Shown here: positions 62,701 through 64,000 of the stretch, in pieces
Layout of the letters: every line of letters begins with the position of its first letter
How positions within the stretch are numbered: the stretch's first letter is position 1
Notes under the pieces: model-generated
Databases searched by the model: none
What the model was told of the DNA's origin: nothing
Seen by the model: the letters and a program-made list of their open reading frames with translations, nothing else
NCBI GenBank assembly: GCA_048013815.1
Contig: CM106586.1
Coordinates: 17,794,001-17,858,000, forward strand
Source of the DNA: Setoptus koraiensis
Lineage: Eukaryota > Animalia > Arthropoda
DNA length: 64,000 bases
Direction of reading: 5' to 3'
Made by a program: the position numbers and the translations under genes

Positions 62701-62994
62701 TTTGGTCTGGCCCATCGAGTCGGGCCGATCCAGTTGGGCCGATTGGAAGCCCGTAATTGATTTGACGGCTGGCGCCGCTTGATTTATGTTGACATTTAAT
62801 ATGAGTTATTTATATTTCGCAGCGTCGGCCAATTTGGCTTTGGTTCGTCTCGACAAACCTTTTGGTGTCACTGGCCGCAGCTTGCGCTTGCTGTCGCAAG
62901 TTGCCGCTCGGCATGTCGATCGGGTTGTCGGGCCAACAAGCGAGCGCACCCACGGCGACAACATTACGTAATCACACACTGATCGGCTGGCTTT

Positions 62995-63060
62995 GATCAG
63001 CTGACCGGGATCAACTGACCAGGATCAACTGACCAGGATCAACTGACTAGGATCAACTGG
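62995..63060. repeat. 14-bp tandem repeat (GGATCAACTGACCA) x ~4-5
   Basis: Directly visible. Confidence 0.9.
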
Positions 63061-63732
63061 AGCAGCCGACTGGTTCAACAAGAGGGCGCAGTGCTGCTGT
63101 GAGAGCGGCAAAATGCAAGCATGGCGTCGTTGCATCCACCTTGCCATCAAATCAACAAACAAATGGACAAACAAATGGACAAAACTGACCAAACAAACGC
63201 AAACAAATGAACGAGCAACTGCAATAGTGATTTGCTAGCATTTATCAATCATCACTGTTTATATTAAGTTATATTTATGCAAAGTTTAATGCTCGCGTTA
63301 CGTTGTCCAACTAACGCTTGACACAATGAATGGCGATGCAATAAATTAGCTTTATATCGAGTTATATCGGCTTGTATCGAGTTGTATCAAGTTATGTGAT
63401 GCGCGCTTGTGTCAAGTTGTGTCAAGTTATAAATCGTAATAATTATCCAACTTGGTCGTTAACTGTTAACTGTCCATCCGTCCGGTGAAGCGGCAAAGTG
63501 CGCGCATTGCCTTGGCGCCACTCAAAAGTCAGTCACTCTCTAAATATTATTGTTATTATTATTATCATTATGTAAAGCTAGCTTATAAGCGGCATTACAT
63601 AATAGTAATAATAATAATATGAGCTGTTGTTTATAATGCAGCCCGAAACGAGCTTATATAACTTTTGTTATCACCTAACAACTATCAGCTGGACTAAAAA
63701 TGGGGAGTGTCGCTCATTATTGACAGTTACCT

Positions 63733-63761
63733 GTGTTGTTGTTGTCGTGGTTGTTGTCGTG

Positions 63762-63794
<33 letters not shown>

Positions 63795-63810
63795 GTTGCT
63801 GTTGTTGTTT
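63733..63810. repeat. (GTT)n trinucleotide microsatellite
   Basis: Directly visible; it gives the poly-V and poly-C shadow ORFs. Confidence 0.93.
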
Positions 63811-64000
63811 TATCCACCTGTCCTCCGCAGTGCACACGTCACACTGCACGCTCAACGGCTGGCTCACAACACACAAGGCTCACAACAAGGCTCACAACAA
63901 GGCTAATCTAATGGCTTCGTAGGCCATCCTGATTGCAAGCCTCTGTCTAACGGGATCGCTATGGATATTGCTCATCTCAGATGGTTGCAGTCACCTGGCC

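Overview
Eukaryotic nuclear DNA, not bacterial. It is intron-poor with N/H/Q/S-rich proteins and many microsatellites, which fits a compact arthropod genome; an acariform (eriophyoid-like) mite is my inference. Genes in order: NDUFAF6 (partial, runs off the left edge), SNW1/SKIP (N-terminally truncated), a 957-aa secreted repeat protein, an aldo-keto reductase, an internally deleted SDR pseudogene, and the last exon of a GH47 alpha-1,2-mannosidase. Next is a 6.6-kb almost G-free block bracketed by a duplicated ~125-bp segment, then a 500-N gap; this is most likely an assembly artefact. After the gap come a 4-exon FNDC3/mtgo-like gene (three small exons found by eye, only one FN3 repeat), a sex-peptide/MIP-receptor-like GPCR with altered activation motifs, a Q50 paired-like homeobox gene, ICT1, a SERBP1/vig-like gene, RSBN1, Raf, SKA2-like and RpS6. 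The third FNDC3 intron (5.45 kb) appears to hold a decayed antisense FERM-FA-DH-PH-PH (FARP/Cdep-like) gene. The last 12 kb has no recognisable gene and many short tandem arrays. No rRNA, tRNA or CRISPR was seen. All homology calls are by-eye comparisons with remembered family motifs; no search was run.
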